A DNA stretch of 64,000 nt, from NCBI GenBank assembly GCA_000320545.1, contig ADNK01000035.1, positions 66,299 through 130,298 on the forward strand. The letters run 5' to 3'. The stretch comes from Bigelowiella natans CCMP2755. Its lineage: Eukaryota; Protista; Cercozoa. Positions 60,973 to 64,000 of this stretch are shown here, in pieces. The notes under the pieces were generated by a model. The model worked only from the letters and a program-made list of their open reading frames with translations, ran no database searches and was not told the DNA's origin. The translations under genes and the position numbers were made by a program. Within the stretch, counting starts at the first letter, position 1. Every line of letters begins with the position of its first letter.

Positions 60973-61231
60973 TTGTCTTCAAGTTTTACCTGCAAATCGA
61001 CAAGGTACATCGGCTCTACCAGGCGTGCCTCACGGAGCTACATCAGTGCATAACAACATCTATTATCTGAATTCACGTGTGCGTGGCAGCAGCATCTCAA
61101 ATCGTCCCTTATCATTCCACATCTCACCAAGTATAATTATTGACTTATGATAGCAATCGAAAGAGGGATGTGTTAACTACGTTTATTGCTTCTCGAAATG
61201 CCTCTCTGACGGTTTGGATCACCTGATTACA

Positions 61232-61270
<39 letters not shown>

Positions 61271-62101
61271 CGTAATAAAGCGACAAGGAGTGTATAGAAC
61301 CATACTCAGGAAAAAAGATTGGCAGAAGCAAAGGAAAAGGAGCTTCGCAAGTGGTATGTGCAACAAGGAGGAATGAAAACAACGCTATCAATCAACCTGT
61401 CTTTCGGAAAAATTGCGTACATGTAGTCAACACAAGTATAAAATATAATATGGATAGAGAGGGCCGTTTGGGAACTACTCACTAAATGTGTGTTGTGTGT
61501 TGTGCGTTGTGCGTTGTGCGTTGTGCGTTGTGCGTTGTGCGTTGTGTTGCGAGTTGCATGTCAATGGTCTCGAAAGACCATTCCAGAGGCGACAGTCCTT
61601 CGCCACATAGCAGCCGATGATGGAGGTGATGATGAAGATGACACATATTCCTTCCTTGCTCGAAGACTTTCTTCTCCTGAGAAGTCAAGAAGAACAAGTA
61701 CCGTTATGCAGTTTTGCGGAGGATTATTCGAACAATCCTTCATATTTATGGAGAAATATCCCCGAAAGATTTATTAAAGTCACGTCGTGTCATTGTGGTG
61801 CGACTTGCAAGGTACGGTGAAACAACGTCGCCACAATTATTCTAAAAACATTTGTGCAGCAGATGCTTCCTCATTTGTCAGCGATACTGCTCTTTCCCTG
61901 CGACATCTTTACTACTACTACTACTACTACCTTCTTTATTATCCCCCTCCCCTCCCCCCCAAGAGAGGGAGACGGAGTCGATGAGCACTGCCACTCCCGT
62001 CATGGGTTCCTCGCATAAAGGCCCTTTCTCCATTACCTGTTATTGTCATTACTATTATTATCCGAGATACCACCTCATATCATAACAAACACATCGTATG
62101 C

Positions 62102-62138
<37 letters not shown>

Positions 62139-62617
62139 GGTGTGTGTGTCCATAGTATGGACACAGTATCTCGCAAAACATCCAGGATTCGATTTCCGGG
62201 AAAAATAATGGTTTTTGCTTCCTTGCTACACAGACAGCCGTTTGAGAGCAGCCTCGAGGTAGAGCGAAGAAATGTCGGCGTTCATAGTCTCGTTGGGCTT
62301 TGCAAAATCTTCTTATCATCATGCATATTTAATTCATTATCACCATCATTACTACCATTTGGAAGCTCGTACGAATAGAGTTGATCAGAGATGCTGAATT
62401 ATACACAACACGCATAGAAGACGACGGAGGGCCAGGGGCCAGTCATCGGCAGTTGGCAGACAACAGATTTTCATGAGAGAATGGGGGGCAGGGATGATGA
62501 GAGGGGGGCAAGGACTGAGAGGCTGAAGAAGAAAAAGAAGTTTTGAAATTTTTCATCATCCTTTCCTTCGTCTATTATTCACAGTCTCAATACTTCTGAC
62601 AAGAAGTATGCGACGGC

Positions 62618-62674
<57 letters not shown>

Positions 62675-63140
62675 CATCATTACATGGTAGGTTGGCCAGT
62701 AATGTTGTTGTTGTTGTCCCTGAGGAGGAGGAAGAGGAGGTGTTGCCCCCCCCCCCATCATGATCCTGCTTATTTCTCCTCATTCTATTCATCCAGGCCT
62801 CGGTATTGTCTATGAGGAGGTTCGCCCCCTTTTTGTCTGGGCCTTTATTGCAAACATTACACCACATCACATCAAATCTCATCACGCAACATATCATCAC
62901 TAACTGCGACGATCAATCCCCCCCCCCGTTCCCTGTATGCAGCAAGCAATACCAACCTAGTGCGATGATGTTTTTGGTGTCGAATGAAAGCCAAAAGCTG
63001 GAATTTTTGTCTTTGCGCGTGTCTTCGTCCTTTAAAGCCTTCGCGACGATCTCACGTCCTCTAATTGGTGATGGTGGTGGTGGCAGTGTGTATAATAACA
63101 CATATTGAGGGACCCCACCACCATCACCATCACCATCACC

Positions 63141-63172
<32 letters not shown>

Positions 63173-64000
63173 CGTTGCTATCATGCGATCACAGCACTAC
63201 AAATTGCATCGTATCACTACTACTGTACTAGCTTCTATTATGGCTTCATCAGTGGAAGGTTACTTGCAAGATAATACCGTCGCACCACAGCTTCTCCCTC
63301 GTCCTCGCCTCCCCCCTTATCAACTGTCTCTTTTCTTTCACCCGCCACGTTCTCCTTCTCCTCCTCCGTCTTCTCTGCTCTCCCCTCCTGCAGCAAGGCG
63401 TCGAGCCTCTTGCGCTCTTTCGATAGCATTCTTTGTAGCTTTCTCCACCAACGGTATGGCTCGTGCCTGGAAGATAGTAGGGAGTAGCAAAAGCAGCAGT
63501 AAGAGTAATTCAGATGATGATGTGATTATTGTCGCATGATTGATGGTATAGACGATACGCTTGTGATGGAAGAACAGAAACGCCCAGCGCAGCGATATGT
63601 ATATGAATGCATTTAGGGTTCCCTCCTCCTCCTCCTCCTCCTCATTCACGCAGTACCCTGATTTTGAATTTGGCGTCGGGGGTAGCCTTCTCGACGTAGT
63701 CACGGAGGCGTTTCTTGCGCTCTTGCTTCTTCGATTGGTTCTCACGATATGCATCCTCCTGGGGGGGGGGGGGGGGTGGAGAGAAAGAGAGAGAGAGAGA
63801 GGGAGGGAGAGAGAGAGAGAGAGAGAGAGGAATGATGATAATGATAATAGTAATGACAACAGTCGTGATGATACATCGTTGGAAAGCAGAAAGAACTACC
63901 GCTACCTGATCGATTCGAGACAAAGGCTTGATGTCTACATCCTTCTCCCCCCCTTCATTCAGCACTGCGTACGACACCGTATCCATTTAAAACAGGGGAT
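59783..64000 (-). CDS. EFL1: Elongation factor-like GTPase EFL1/Ria1 (60S maturation), 3' portion; runs off the window
   Basis: [86 protein letters not shown], and the typical EFL1 end [36 protein letters not shown]. Confidence 0.93.
61490..61548. repeat. Heptamer tandem repeat (GTTGTGC)n in an EFL1 intron
   Basis: About 8 units, directly visible. Confidence 0.9.

Overview
Eukaryotic nuclear DNA with many GT-AG introns and dense gene packing. Bipartite signal+transit leaders and microsatellite-laden introns suggest a chlorarachniophyte such as Bigelowiella (inference only). By manually splicing exons I can support about 14 protein genes: a BAR-PH protein, a GT25 glycosyltransferase, organellar GluRS, an NZF-C2-DPF-coiled-coil protein, a plastid-type FemAB-like/DUF482 protein, an intronless L-type lectin, RBBP4/MSI1, a BSD protein, a TRF2/HOY1 PH-like protein, an ERD2-like membrane protein, a coiled-coil protein, a SAM-SAM-tyrosine-kinase-like multidomain protein, a CG-1+bZIP transcription factor and the 3' part of EFL1. 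The most striking signal is not a gene. The genes alternate strand almost perfectly, and each 3'-side (tail-to-tail) spacer of 0.6-1.5 kb has a distinct composition: TpA is scarce outside CTA/TAG, CTAG is strongly enriched, and CA/TG/CATG/TGCA are abundant. Homologous spacer segments differ repeatedly by TA versus TG/CA, and bases 1-349 contain no TpA at all. This looks like a region-targeted, 'reverse-RIP'-like TpA>TpG/CpA hypermutation process that spares CTAG. All exon boundaries, domain calls and motif counts were made by eye, without database searches.
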